Positions 16,146-25,569 of a stretch of 38,313 nucleotides of DNA are shown one piece after another. The DNA is from a virus (taxonomy: Duplodnaviria > Caudoviricetes), in IMG/VR virus record IMGVR_UViG_3300027811_000002, positions 1-38,313 of that record; one strand, 5' to 3'. The first letter of the stretch is position 1; each line of letters opens with the position of its first letter. The translations under genes and the position numbers were made by a program. The notes beneath the pieces were generated by a model that was not told the DNA's origin, did not search any database, and was given only the letters and a program-made list of their open reading frames with translations.

Positions 16146-16184
16146 AAACGCCGTGCGGGGCCGCACACCCGCACGGCGTTTTTC
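16146..16184 (+). terminator. Perfect hairpin with U-tract upstream of the head genes (terminator/attenuator)
   Basis: AAACGCCGTGCGGG-GCCGCACA-CCCGCACGGCGTTT followed by TT. Confidence 0.7.
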
Positions 16185-16206
16185 GTTGGCCCTCTGGAGC
16201 CTGATT

Positions 16207-16422
16207 TTGGCCAGCTTCGCCCAGCGCATGAAGGCCGCGCTCGAGACTGCCCTGGCGACCAATACCCAGGCCGGACTGGTCAGCATCCAGATCGACGGCC
16301 AGGCCGTGACCTACAACCGCAAGGATGCCCGCGACGAATACGAGTTCTGGAGCCGCCGCGTCGCTCGCGAGAATGGCGCCAGACCGAACGTCGCGACGAT
16401 CCGCCTGGATAAGGCGTTCTGA
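16207..16422 (+). CDS. Head-tail joining protein (gpW-like)
   Basis: About 71 aa directly before the portal; VSIQIDGQAVTY hairpin flanked by helices; GGAG then TTG16207. Confidence 0.65.
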   Translation: MASFAQRMKAALETALATNTQAGLVSIQIDGQAVTYNRKDARDEYEFWSRRVARENGARPNVATIRLDKAF

Positions 16423-17909
16423 TGCCCAAGACCGTTCGCCAGCCGAAGAAGTCCGCGTCGAGGATCCACTACGGCGATCCTCTGCGGCTGCCATCGAGGG
16501 TCATCGAGGCTCTGGGGTACGACGCGGCCGCCAGCAGCAAGCGTCGCAGGATGCCATCCTCGCTGCTTCGGCACGAGGATCAGGTTCTCGACCCGACCCA
16601 GCGTCGGAAGCTGCTGGCCACGTCCCGCGATCTCGGGCGGAACTTCGCCGTCGCGCGCTGGATGGTCAACAAGCACCTCGACTGGGTCGCGAACTTTACC
16701 TTCCAATCCCGCACGGGGATCCCGGAGCTCGACGACCGCATCGAGCAACTCGTGGACTGGTGGTCCAGGCCGCACAACTTCGACGCGGCCGGCCGCCACG
16801 GGCTCTTCCGCGCCCTCCGCCTTGCCGAGGGCTCCCGGGTTCGCGACGGCGATGCCTTCTTTGTCCTGCTGAACGACGGGACGGTGCAGACGGTCGAGGG
16901 CGATCGCGTGTGCGAGCCGTCCGGGGGCCTGCCGTCGGACTATCGCGAGGGCTCCTGGAGCCACGGCGTGCTGCTCAATGCCTCGGGCGGCGCGCAGGCC
17001 TACATGATCTGCCGCCGCGGCAAGTACAGCCAGTTCGAGTTCGACCGCATCGTCCCGGCGCCCTACGCCATCCACCACGCCTGGTGGGACCGGTTCGATC
17101 AGACGCGGGGCATTTCTCCCCTGGCGCCGGCGATCAACCTGCTGCGGGATGCCTACGAGGGCGCGACCTACGCGCTGGCGCAGATGAAGGTGGCGCAGCT
17201 TTTCGGCCTGGCGACCTTTCGCGAGGCCGAGACAGGCCTCGGCACGGTGACCGGCTCGGGAGATCAAGAGGACGAGGAGCCGTTCAAGGTCGACTTCGAC
17301 AAGGGGCCGTTCCACCTCGACCTTGACGTCAACGATAAGGCTCAGTTCCTCCAGAGCCAGAATCCGAGCCAGCAGTTCCAGGACTTCTGGAAGGCGGTCT
17401 TGATGGCCGCGATGAAGTCCCTCAACCTCCCATGGTCTTTCTACGACGAGGCCTCCACCAACTTCTTCGGCAGCCGCGCGGCTCTCAATCTGTACGTCGT
17501 GGCGGCGGAGGTCCAGCGAGCTGACGTGCGCGCGACGGCCGATGCCCTCGTGCGCTGGCGGTCCAAGCTCTGGATTCTCGACGGCGAGTTGAACATCGAG
17601 CGCTACGGCCTGAGCATCCCAGAGCTCCGATTCGACTGGCAGCCTCGCGGCGTCAGGTGGTGGAACCCGGTCCAGGAGATCTCCGGGGCGAAGGCGGCCA
17701 TCCGCGCGGGCCTCGATACCAGGACCCGCATCCTCCGCGAGATCTCCGGCGCCGACTTCCGCGAAACGGTGGACCAGATCGCGGAGGAGAATGACTACAT
17801 CCGCGAGAAGCTCGGAGAGGGCTGGGTCGATCCGGAGGGCAAGGCGGAACTGCTCAGGCCCGCCTCGCGAACGGAGTCCAGCGATGCCACTGCCGAAGCC
17901 GCATCCTGA
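16422..17909 (+). CDS. Portal protein, lambda family
   Basis: SRDLGRNFAVA, RDGDAF, FDQTRGISPLAPAI, TNFFGSRAAL, WWNPVQE, TRTRI. Confidence 0.92.
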   Translation: MPKTVRQPKKSASRIHYGDPLRLPSRVIEALGYDAAASSKRRRMPSSLLRHEDQVLDPTQRRKLLATSRDLGRNFAVARWMVNKHLDWVANFTFQSRTGIPELDDRIEQLVDWWSRPHNFDAAGRHGLFRALRLAEGSRVRDGDAFFVLLNDGTVQTVEGDRVCEPSGGLPSDYREGSWSHGVLLNASGGAQAYMICRRGKYSQFEFDRIVPAPYAIHHAWWDRFDQTRGISPLAPAINLLRDAYEGATYALAQMKVAQLFGLATFREAETGLGTVTGSGDQEDEEPFKVDFDKGPFHLDLDVNDKAQFLQSQNPSQQFQDFWKAVLMAAMKSLNLPWSFYDEASTNFFGSRAALNLYVVAAEVQRADVRATADALVRWRSKLWILDGELNIERYGLSIPELRFDWQPRGVRWWNPVQEISGAKAAIRAGLDTRTRILREISGADFRETVDQIAEENDYIREKLGEGWVDPEGKAELLRPASRTESSDATAEAAS

Positions 17910-19305
17910 GGAGAGCGAGGACGACTTCATCGGCCGCTGCATGGGAGATCCCGTGATGGTTGACGAATACCCGGATGCCGAGCAACGCGCGGGCGTCTGC
18001 CAGTCGCAATGGGACGGCCCGAAGGCCAGTGGCCGGCGGCCCGGCCACGAGTGGAGGCTTTCGACGCCGCTCCGTGCCCTCCCGCCGGAGCACGTGGATG
18101 CCGGGAAGGGCATCCTCAGCGGCGTCGCCATCGTAACGGAGGGAGAGGCCCAGACCCACGGCTTCTGGCTCGACAGGGAGTTCGTGGAGGCGACAATCGC
18201 TCATGGAAACCAGAAAACTCAAGGCGTCAAGGCCCGCTTCGGGCATCCCAACATGTCCAGCACAGCACTCGGAACGTTCCTTGGACGGGCCAAGAACTTC
18301 CGAATGGACGACAGCGGCCAAGCGGCTATTGCTCGCGCTGACCTCTTTCTCTCGAAGGAAGCCAAGGACACCCCCAACGGGGACCTCTTCGGCTACGTGA
18401 CCCGCATGGCGGAGAATGAGCCGGACGTCTTCGGCATCAGCATCGTCTTCGAGGAATCCGGGTTCTACCGCCGCAATGAGGATGGCTCCAAGATCTACCC
18501 GGATTACGGCGGCAAGGAACAGTGGCCCGGCTGGGATGGCAAGGACGCCCGCGAGTTCGCGGAGCTGGCCAAGCTCCACGCCGCTGACTGCGTGGACGAT
18601 CCCGCCGCCAATCCAGACGGCATGTTCTCGGCCTGGTCGGCCGCGCAGCTCGCCGGGCAGGTGACCACGTTCCTCGATGAGCATCCTGAGGTCCTGCGCC
18701 TGCTCGCCGAGCATCCCGAGGTCCTGGACGAATTTCTGGCCCGCTACCGAGCCTACCGCGAACGAAAGGAGGGCGTCATGCCCGCAGAGAAAGCGATGGA
18801 TGCCGAGCCGATGAGGCCGCCAGAGCAGGCGCCCGAGAAGCTCGAGGCCCCCGCAGCCGAGAGCGCCGCGCCCGAGCCAGCCGCCGAATCGAAGCCGTCG
18901 AAGCCCGAAGTGCAGGAAGCGCCCGGCCAGAAGTTCCTCGACGCCTTCGGCGACCAGGGCGGCATCTGGTTCGCGCAAGGCAAGGGCTTCGAGGAGGCGG
19001 GCGAGCTTTATCTCGCCAAGCTCAAGAGCCAGATCGCCGAGCTCGAGCAGAAGCTCAAGGCTCGGGACGCCGAAATCGCCAGCCTGACGGCGAGGCTGGC
19101 GGAGGCCCGCCGGGACGTCGGGCTGGACGCGGCCTCGCCGCTCAAGCCGTCGGCCGAGGCCTCGCCGGAGAGCGAGGAAATCGGCCGCGTCGTGAAGCAG
19201 CTCCTCGGCGCCAGGAATCCCCAGACGGGCCGGCGCTACGCCGAGGAGGAGGCGCGCCAGAAGGCCGCCGAAATCGTGGCCGAACGCCACAAGAAAAAGG
19301 ACTGA
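17884..19305 (+). CDS. Head maturation protease with C-terminal scaffold
   Basis: Sits between portal and capsid. KARFGHP, FGISIV, AADCVDDPAAN; Ala/Glu/Pro linker and coiled-coil C-terminus; internal SD+ATG at 18778. Confidence 0.75.
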   Translation: MPLPKPHPEESEDDFIGRCMGDPVMVDEYPDAEQRAGVCQSQWDGPKASGRRPGHEWRLSTPLRALPPEHVDAGKGILSGVAIVTEGEAQTHGFWLDREFVEATIAHGNQKTQGVKARFGHPNMSSTALGTFLGRAKNFRMDDSGQAAIARADLFLSKEAKDTPNGDLFGYVTRMAENEPDVFGISIVFEESGFYRRNEDGSKIYPDYGGKEQWPGWDGKDAREFAELAKLHAADCVDDPAANPDGMFSAWSAAQLAGQVTTFLDEHPEVLRLLAEHPEVLDEFLARYRAYRERKEGVMPAEKAMDAEPMRPPEQAPEKLEAPAAESAAPEPAAESKPSKPEVQEAPGQKFLDAFGDQGGIWFAQGKGFEEAGELYLAKLKSQIAELEQKLKARDAEIASLTARLAEARRDVGLDAASPLKPSAEASPESEEIGRVVKQLLGARNPQTGRRYAEEEARQKAAEIVAERHKKKD

Positions 19306-19333
19306 CGCGCCTTTCTGAATCGAGGATCATCCA

Positions 19334-20269
19334 ATGTCTGAGAGCCACACTCGCGCCGATTCGGCGCAGATCCTGCTCGTGAACAACGCCGAGATCGACC
19401 TGGCGCCCGTGCTCCAGGTCATGAGCGAATTCCCCGAGCTCGTCTTCTTCCCGGCGACGCCGATCGACAAGACGACCTTCAAAACCATCGCCATCACGGC
19501 CGATCCCGTGGCGGCCTTCCGCGCCGCCAACACGGGCCGCGCGACCACGCGGCCGACGATCGTCAACAAGACCGTGACGTGCAAATTCCTCGATGGCTCC
19601 TGGGACATCGACAAGCTCGTGGTCCAGGAGTGCGACCGCCCCGAGGAGGAGACGCTGGGCATCTACCGAGCGGCCGCGCTCCGCGGCACCTTCGGGAGCC
19701 TCTGCGGGCAGATCTGGTACGGCACCGGCAACGACGCTGGCGGGTTCGCCGGCATGGATTCGCTCTATCCCTACATCGACAGCGACAACGTCGTCGACGC
19801 CGGCGGCAGCACTTCCGTCGCGAGCGCCTGGCTGCTCCACTTCGATCCGCAGGTCGCCTTCGCGCTCGCCTGGGGCAAGCACGCCCAGCTCGATATCGGG
19901 GACGTGCAGAAGGTGCGCTGCAAGGACGCCGACGGCAACTACTTCTGGGGCCTCGGCCAGGACATGTCGGGCTGGTGCGGCCTCCAGCTCATCGACTGGG
20001 AGAGCGCGGTCCGGGTCGCCAACATCGACTCGACCCACAAGCTCACCGACACGCTGCTTCACCAGGCGCTGAGCAAGATGCGCACCTCGAAGCAGCCGGA
20101 CCGCATCTTCATGACGCGGCAGACCCGCGAATGGTGGAGAAGCGGCCGCACCGCGACAAACGCCACCGGCGCCCCGGCCCCCATCCCTGTCGACTTCGAG
20201 GGCATCCCCGTCACCGTCACCGAATCCCTCAGCGACACCGAGACGGCCCTCGCCGCGTCCGGGACCTAA
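19334..20269 (+). CDS. Major capsid protein
   Basis: 311 aa after the protease; PVAAFRAANTG, QIWYG...GFAG, VRVANI, FEGIPVTVTESL. Confidence 0.82.
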   Translation: MSESHTRADSAQILLVNNAEIDLAPVLQVMSEFPELVFFPATPIDKTTFKTIAITADPVAAFRAANTGRATTRPTIVNKTVTCKFLDGSWDIDKLVVQECDRPEEETLGIYRAAALRGTFGSLCGQIWYGTGNDAGGFAGMDSLYPYIDSDNVVDAGGSTSVASAWLLHFDPQVAFALAWGKHAQLDIGDVQKVRCKDADGNYFWGLGQDMSGWCGLQLIDWESAVRVANIDSTHKLTDTLLHQALSKMRTSKQPDRIFMTRQTREWWRSGRTATNATGAPAPIPVDFEGIPVTVTESLSDTETALAASGT

Positions 20270-20293
20270 TCGCTCCCCCCTTGGAGCCCCGCC

Positions 20294-20665
20294 GTGTCCA
20301 TCGCCTCGGCAGTCGGAGTCTTGGCCTCGACGCTCGCCGCGACCGACGGCAAGGCCGTGAGCTACCACCGATCGTCCGCTTCGGTGGCGCTCACGGCCGT
20401 CGTCGGGAGGACGGCTTACGAGGCGATCGACGACAGCGGCGTCGTCGTCCAGGGCCATGCGCGAGACTACCTCGTCCAGGCCGAGGACCTCGTGCTCGAC
20501 GGCTCCGAGACGCTGCCCGAGCCTGGCGACACTATCCAAGAGGCCATCCGAGGCGAAGCGCGGATCTTCGAGGTCATGCCCCTGCCCGGCGAGGCGTGCT
20601 ACCACTACTCCGATGCGGGCCGCACGCGGCTCCGCATCCACACTCGCGAGCGGGCCAATGCCTGA
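20294..20665 (+). CDS. Head closure / head-tail adaptor protein
   Basis: 123-aa beta-rich ORF after the capsid gene; RDYLV...LPEPGDTI...RLRIHT. Confidence 0.6.
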   Translation: MSIASAVGVLASTLAATDGKAVSYHRSSASVALTAVVGRTAYEAIDDSGVVVQGHARDYLVQAEDLVLDGSETLPEPGDTIQEAIRGEARIFEVMPLPGEACYHYSDAGRTRLRIHTRERANA

Positions 20666-21086
20666 GATCGCCGACATCGCCGATGCCATCGTGGCCGAGC
20701 TGGCCGGCGGCTCGTGGAGTCAGAGCTTCACGCCCGAGAGAACCTACCTGCCGACCTTCGAGCTGGCCGACTCGGCTTTGCACGTAACCGCTGTCCCGCG
20801 AGGCACTGACGAGAAACAGGCCGCGCGCGATCGCGTCCAATACGACCACAAGATCGACGTGGCCATCCAGCAGAAGCTCGCGGCTGTGAGCAACGCCGCC
20901 GTGGACGCTCTGCTGGATCTGGCTCAGGAGATTCGAGAGTACCTAGGCCCCACCCAGCAACTCGCGGACTACCCGTCCGCGAGCTGGGTGGGGGCCTCCA
21001 ACGCGCAGCTCTACTCGCCAGACCACCTGCGGGACTGGCGGCAATTCACGACCGTCATCACCCTCACCTACCGCATCGTGCGGTGA
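20658..21086 (+). CDS. Tail terminator-like protein
   Basis: 142 aa directly before the tail tube; IADAIVAEL...FTTVITLTY. Confidence 0.6.
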   Translation: MPEIADIADAIVAELAGGSWSQSFTPERTYLPTFELADSALHVTAVPRGTDEKQAARDRVQYDHKIDVAIQQKLAAVSNAAVDALLDLAQEIREYLGPTQQLADYPSASWVGASNAQLYSPDHLRDWRQFTTVITLTYRIVR

Positions 21087-21096
21087 GGAGGCATTC

Positions 21097-21549
21097 ATGG
21101 CAGCCACCGCGAGAGGCAAGCTCGGCAAGGATTGCAGGGTTTACCGCAACACGGCCACCTGGGCGTCGCCGACCTGGTCCGAGGTGACCGATGTCAAGGA
21201 CCTCACCGTCGGCGACAGCAAGTCGGAGGCCGACGCCAGCACCCGCGCCAGCGACATCAAGCGCGTGCGCACCGCGATGCGCGAGCTGAGCATCGACATC
21301 GCGATGCTCTGGGATCCGGACGACGCGGGCTTCGTCGCCTTCCGCGACGCCTATCTCAATGGCACCCCCATTGAGCTCCTCATCCTGACCGGCGACGTCG
21401 AGACGGCCGGGAATGAGGGGCCGAGGGCCGATTGGGAGGTGACCAAGCTCGAGCGCACCGAGAACCTCGAGGAGCTCGCGACGGCCAACGTCACCATCAA
21501 GCCCGGCTACACGGCGAACCTCCCGACCTGGTATACCGTGAGCACCTGA
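21097..21549 (+). CDS. Tail tube (major tail) protein
   Basis: GAGGAGG SD; TWSEVTDVKDLT...EADASTR...MLWDPDD...ANVTIKP. Confidence 0.78.
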   Translation: MAATARGKLGKDCRVYRNTATWASPTWSEVTDVKDLTVGDSKSEADASTRASDIKRVRTAMRELSIDIAMLWDPDDAGFVAFRDAYLNGTPIELLILTGDVETAGNEGPRADWEVTKLERTENLEELATANVTIKPGYTANLPTWYTVST

Positions 21550-21560
21550 TCGAGGGCCTC

Positions 21561-22127
21561 ATGCATTCCTTCCGCGACGCCAAGGGCCGCGACTGGACCA
21601 TCGACATCAACGTGACGAGCATCCGCTATGTCAAGGCGCGGATCGACGTCGACCTGCTGAGCATCGTCGGCGGAGATCTGCTCGGACGGGTCGCGGGCGA
21701 TCCCGCGCTTCTCTGCGACATCCTCTACGTGCTCTGCGAGGACCAGGCCAAGGCGGCCGGGATCTCGGACCTGGACTTCGGTCGTGGCCTTGCCGGCGAC
21801 GCTCTCGAGGCAGCCTCCGACGCCTTCCTGGAGGATCTCGCCGATTTTTTCCCGAGAGCGAGGCGGGGCCTCCTCAAGGAGGCCCTGGCCAAGATGCGCG
21901 AGCTCGAGACCTTAGTCCTCCAGCGCGGGAGCGAGAGGCTCGCCAGCGGGAAGCCGGAGGAGGCGATGGTGGCGATCCTGGAGCGACTCGAATCGCAAGC
22001 ATCTGGGCCAACATCTGGCGAATCGCCGGCATCCTCGGCCTCGACCCCGGCCCCTTCACCCTCCGCCAGCTCCTCTGGATGCTCGAGGGCCGGCGCCGCG
22101 ACGCCTGGGACCGCGCCAGCTCCCTGA
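21561..22127 (+). CDS. Tail assembly chaperone (gpG-like)
   Basis: Position after the tube gene; MHSFRDAKGRDW; contains slippery T TTT TTC at 21845-21851. Confidence 0.7.
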   Translation: MHSFRDAKGRDWTIDINVTSIRYVKARIDVDLLSIVGGDLLGRVAGDPALLCDILYVLCEDQAKAAGISDLDFGRGLAGDALEAASDAFLEDLADFFPRARRGLLKEALAKMRELETLVLQRGSERLASGKPEEAMVAILERLESQASGPTSGESPASSASTPAPSPSASSSGCSRAGAATPGTAPAP

Positions 22128-22327
22128 CCGCCGCGACGCTCTCAGTCTATCGCGAGGTTGCCGCCATCGCCGCAGGCCTCGGCGGCCACAAACGGATTCG
22201 ACCGCCCATCTCCCCCGAGGACTGCAATCCGATGATCGAATCCAGACGAAGGCGCAGCTCGGGGATCCCGCTTACGCCGGACGCCCTTCAGAGTCTCAAG
22301 CCCTTTTTCAGCGGGAAGAAGCGATGA
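21851..22327 (+). CDS. Tail assembly chaperone frameshift extension (gpT-like, -1 frame)
   Basis: The -1 frame is open from the slippery site to the stop at 22327 (...IWRIAGILGLDPGPFTLRQLLWMLEGRR...). Confidence 0.62.
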   Translation, partial: PESEAGPPQGGPGQDARARDLSPPAREREARQREAGGGDGGDPGATRIASIWANIWRIAGILGLDPGPFTLRQLLWMLEGRRRDAWDRASSLTAATLSVYREVAAIAAGLGGHKRIRPPISPEDCNPMIESRRRRSSGIPLTPDALQSLKPFFSGKKR

Positions 22328-22752
22328 AGGTCCGCATCAAGATGGCCCAGTTTTTCTTCGACCGCGCGGCGGTCGTCGAGGCCGTCGACCGAGGCAAGAG
22401 GCAGGCCTACTCTCAGATCGGAGCCTTCGTCCGCCGCAGGGCGCGATCGTCGATGCGGCGCCGCAGCGGCTACGCGCCGCCTGGCTCGCCGCCGAATGCG
22501 CACGCCGGCCAGCTCAAGGAGCTCCTGTACTTCGCCTACGACCCGGGGCCGGATTCGGTCGTCATCGGCCCGGAGCGATTCAAGGAGGGCGAGGTCCCCT
22601 GGCTGCTCGAGCACGGCGGATGGGCGATGCGGAAGGACCGCAAAACGGGCCGCCTGCGTCGCGTCCACTACCAGGCTCGGCCCTTCATGGGGCCTGCCTT
22701 GGAGGCGGAGAAGGAAAAGATTCCCGGCGCCTTCTCGGCCGTCGTGAGGTGA
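22324..22752 (+). CDS. Basic tail-completion/neck-type protein
   Basis: Arg-rich 142 aa ending ARPFMGPALE, a motif typical of tail-completion proteins; ATGA coupling. Confidence 0.6.
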   Translation: MKVRIKMAQFFFDRAAVVEAVDRGKRQAYSQIGAFVRRRARSSMRRRSGYAPPGSPPNAHAGQLKELLYFAYDPGPDSVVIGPERFKEGEVPWLLEHGGWAMRKDRKTGRLRRVHYQARPFMGPALEAEKEKIPGAFSAVVR

Positions 22753-22756
22753 AACG

Positions 22757-24739
22757 ATGCCCAGCGCGAGCGGCGTGAGAGCCGGCAAGGCCTACGTGGA
22801 GATCGGCGGGAAGGACACGCTCTCGCCGGTCCTGTCCAAGATCGGGCGCAAGTTCCAGGCCTTCGGGGCCGGCCTGCGCGATGTCGGGCTGAAGGCCATC
22901 GGCCTCGGGGCCGGTATCGTGATGCCGCTCCTCTGGAGCGTCAGGGAGTTCGCTCGGGCTGGCGACGAGCTGGACAAGATGGGCGCGCGCATCGGCGCCT
23001 CGGTCGAGTTCTTGTCCGCGCTCAACCACGCGGCCCAACTCGGCGGCACTTCAATGGACGCCATGGAAGTCGGCATCCGCCGGCTTCAGCGGACCGCCTA
23101 CGATTCGACCCAGGGCCTCAAAGCAGCGACCGATGCCTTCGATACGCTTGGCGTAACGGTGACGGATGCCCAAGGCAATCTCAAACCGACCGAGCAACTG
23201 TTCATGGAGTCGGCGACCGCACTCTCGCAGCTAAAAAACAACACGCAAAAGGCCGCCCTCGCGACGATCATCTTCGGGCGGGCCGGGACGCAACTCCTCC
23301 CGATGCTGCGCGACGGCGAGGAGGGCCTGGCGGCCATGATGGAGGAGGCCAAGCGCCTCGGACTCGTGATGACCGGCGCAGATGCCAAGGCGGCCGCCGA
23401 CCTGACGGATCAGATGGAGCGCTTGACCTCGGTCCTCAAGATGGGCATCGTGCGCATCGGCGCCGCGCTGGCGCCGCTCATGATGCGCGTCGCGGATTCG
23501 CTCATCGGTGCCGCGACGGCGGCCCGCAAATGGATCGACGAGCATCAACGCGTGGTGATGATTGCCCTCCAGGCCGGCGTGGCCCTCGTCGCCTTCGGAA
23601 CGGCTCTCGCGGCCGTCGGCGTTGCCGTGTCAGCCCTCGGCAAGGTTTTCTCGATTCTGGGCGCAATCCTCCCGGCCGTCGGCGCGGCATTCGGGCTCAT
23701 CGGCTCGCTGCTCGGGGCGCTCCTCTCACCCATTGGCCTCGTGCTCGGCACCGTCATCGCCCTGGGCGGCTGGTTCCTCTGGACGAGTAACGTTGGCGCG
23801 GAGGCTCTCGCGTGGCTGGGCGCCCGCGCGGGCGTGCTCAAGGACGAATTCTCCGCGATGCTCGACGGGATCCGCGCGGCGCTCGCCGGCGGGGATCTCG
23901 GTGCCGCGGCCAAAGTCCTTTGGGCCTTCCTCCGACTCGAATGGGTCCGCGGCAAAAACGCGCTGCTCGAGATCTGGAGCGGCTTCGGCCGAGGCTGGAT
24001 ACAGTCCACCGAGGATTGGTGGCACGCGGCGCAGCTCGGGCTCACGACCGCGTGGACCTATATCCGCCGCGTCTGGATCGAGACCGTCGGGGCGATGCGC
24101 CAGGTTTGGGCCGAGTTCTCGGCCACCTTCCAGACGATCTGGGAGGGGACGCAGAACTGGCTCATCAAGCGGTTGCACGAGCTCCACGGCTACCTCGATT
24201 CGAGCTTCGACGCCAAGGCCGCCAAGGAGCTCACCGACCAAACCACGAGCCAGGTGCAGGCCGAGATCGAGCGCCGCCGCCAGGCCGCGCTCGTCAACGC
24301 CGAGACGGCTCGCGCCGCGAACCTCAAGGAGCTGGAGGCCGACCATGCCGCACGCCTCCTCGCCATCGGGCAAAAGTCCGATGAGGCCGCCCGCCGCGCA
24401 AGGCCCGCGGCCGGCCGGGAGCTGGCGGCTCGCGAGGCTGAGCTCGTCGCGGCTCAATTCGAATTCGGCAACGCCCTCACGGCGGCGCGAATGGCCGAGG
24501 GCGCCGCGCGCCAGAAGGCGGCCGCCAAGGCGCCCAAGCTCGCCGTCGGCATCAAGAACCTCGCCGCCTGGATGCCGGAGCAAGTCAGCGTCGCGGGCAC
24601 CTTCTCCTCGACAGCCTTGCGAGGCCTCGGCACGGGCGGTGGCATCCAGGCTCGGATGCTCGGCAAGCTCGACGAGATCGCGGCCAACGCGAAGAAGATC
24701 GCCCAGGCAGCTCAGAACGGAATGGCCTTCGGAGATTGA
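22757..24739 (+). CDS. Tape measure protein
   Basis: 660 aa, Ala/Gly-rich and helical; AGKAYVEI start, IFGRAGTQLLPML, hydrophobic middle, periodic Trp. Confidence 0.88.
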   Translation: MPSASGVRAGKAYVEIGGKDTLSPVLSKIGRKFQAFGAGLRDVGLKAIGLGAGIVMPLLWSVREFARAGDELDKMGARIGASVEFLSALNHAAQLGGTSMDAMEVGIRRLQRTAYDSTQGLKAATDAFDTLGVTVTDAQGNLKPTEQLFMESATALSQLKNNTQKAALATIIFGRAGTQLLPMLRDGEEGLAAMMEEAKRLGLVMTGADAKAAADLTDQMERLTSVLKMGIVRIGAALAPLMMRVADSLIGAATAARKWIDEHQRVVMIALQAGVALVAFGTALAAVGVAVSALGKVFSILGAILPAVGAAFGLIGSLLGALLSPIGLVLGTVIALGGWFLWTSNVGAEALAWLGARAGVLKDEFSAMLDGIRAALAGGDLGAAAKVLWAFLRLEWVRGKNALLEIWSGFGRGWIQSTEDWWHAAQLGLTTAWTYIRRVWIETVGAMRQVWAEFSATFQTIWEGTQNWLIKRLHELHGYLDSSFDAKAAKELTDQTTSQVQAEIERRRQAALVNAETARAANLKELEADHAARLLAIGQKSDEAARRARPAAGRELAAREAELVAAQFEFGNALTAARMAEGAARQKAAAKAPKLAVGIKNLAAWMPEQVSVAGTFSSTALRGLGTGGGIQARMLGKLDEIAANAKKIAQAAQNGMAFGD

Positions 24740-25569
24740 CCATGGCCGTCACCTGTGAAGAAAAGTGGGAATCGCGCGACGTGGGCGGCGAGTCCGCCGA
24801 GCTGACTTACTTCATCGCGGGCACGGATGACCACGCCCTGGCCCGCGGCGCCCTCCTGGCCACCGCCGGGGTGACTTTCACGATTGACGCCCGTATCCTC
24901 AAGCGGGAGACCCAGAACGCGACCGTCCACCGCGTCGGAAGCGACTCGTGGATCGGCGCCGTGCCGTACAAGCGAGTGCCCAAGCCCGAGCAGAAAGACC
25001 CCGGGGAAAGCTCCTACTCGTTCGATACGTCGGGAGGCACGGCCCACATCACGCAATCATTGTCCACCATCGCCAAGTTCGCGCCGGAGGGCAAGACGGC
25101 GCCCGATTTCAAGGGCGCCATCGGGGTGACGGCGGATTCGATTGAGGGCGTGGACGTCGAGGATCCCGGCTTCCGCTGGACCGAGACCCACTACTTCGAT
25201 GCAGATGACGTGGACGACGCCTTCATCGGCAACCTCTACTACGCGACGAAGCACACCAACGTTGATGCCTTCACCGATGCCAAGGGGAACGTCTTCGCCG
25301 CGGGAGAGGTCCTGTTCCTCGGCGCGACCGGCTCGCAGCGGGGCAACGATGACTGGGAGATCACCTATACCTTCCTCGCGCGGCCGAACGTGTCTGGCCG
25401 CACGATCGGCACCATCACCGGCATCGAGAAGAATGGCCACGAATACCTCTGGGTCTACTATGGGGAGGCCAAGGACGACGCGGCGAAGCGAATGGTCAAG
25501 GTTCCCCTGGCCGTCTACGTCGAGCAGGTCTACTACTCCTGCGCTTACGGCGAATACCTGGGGCTCTGA
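24736..25569 (+). CDS. Tail tip/hub protein
   Basis: First gene after the TMP; beta-rich; FAAGEVLFLGATG, KNGHEYLWV. Confidence 0.6.
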   Translation: MTMAVTCEEKWESRDVGGESAELTYFIAGTDDHALARGALLATAGVTFTIDARILKRETQNATVHRVGSDSWIGAVPYKRVPKPEQKDPGESSYSFDTSGGTAHITQSLSTIAKFAPEGKTAPDFKGAIGVTADSIEGVDVEDPGFRWTETHYFDADDVDDAFIGNLYYATKHTNVDAFTDAKGNVFAAGEVLFLGATGSQRGNDDWEITYTFLARPNVSGRTIGTITGIEKNGHEYLWVYYGEAKDDAAKRMVKVPLAVYVEQVYYSCAYGEYLGL

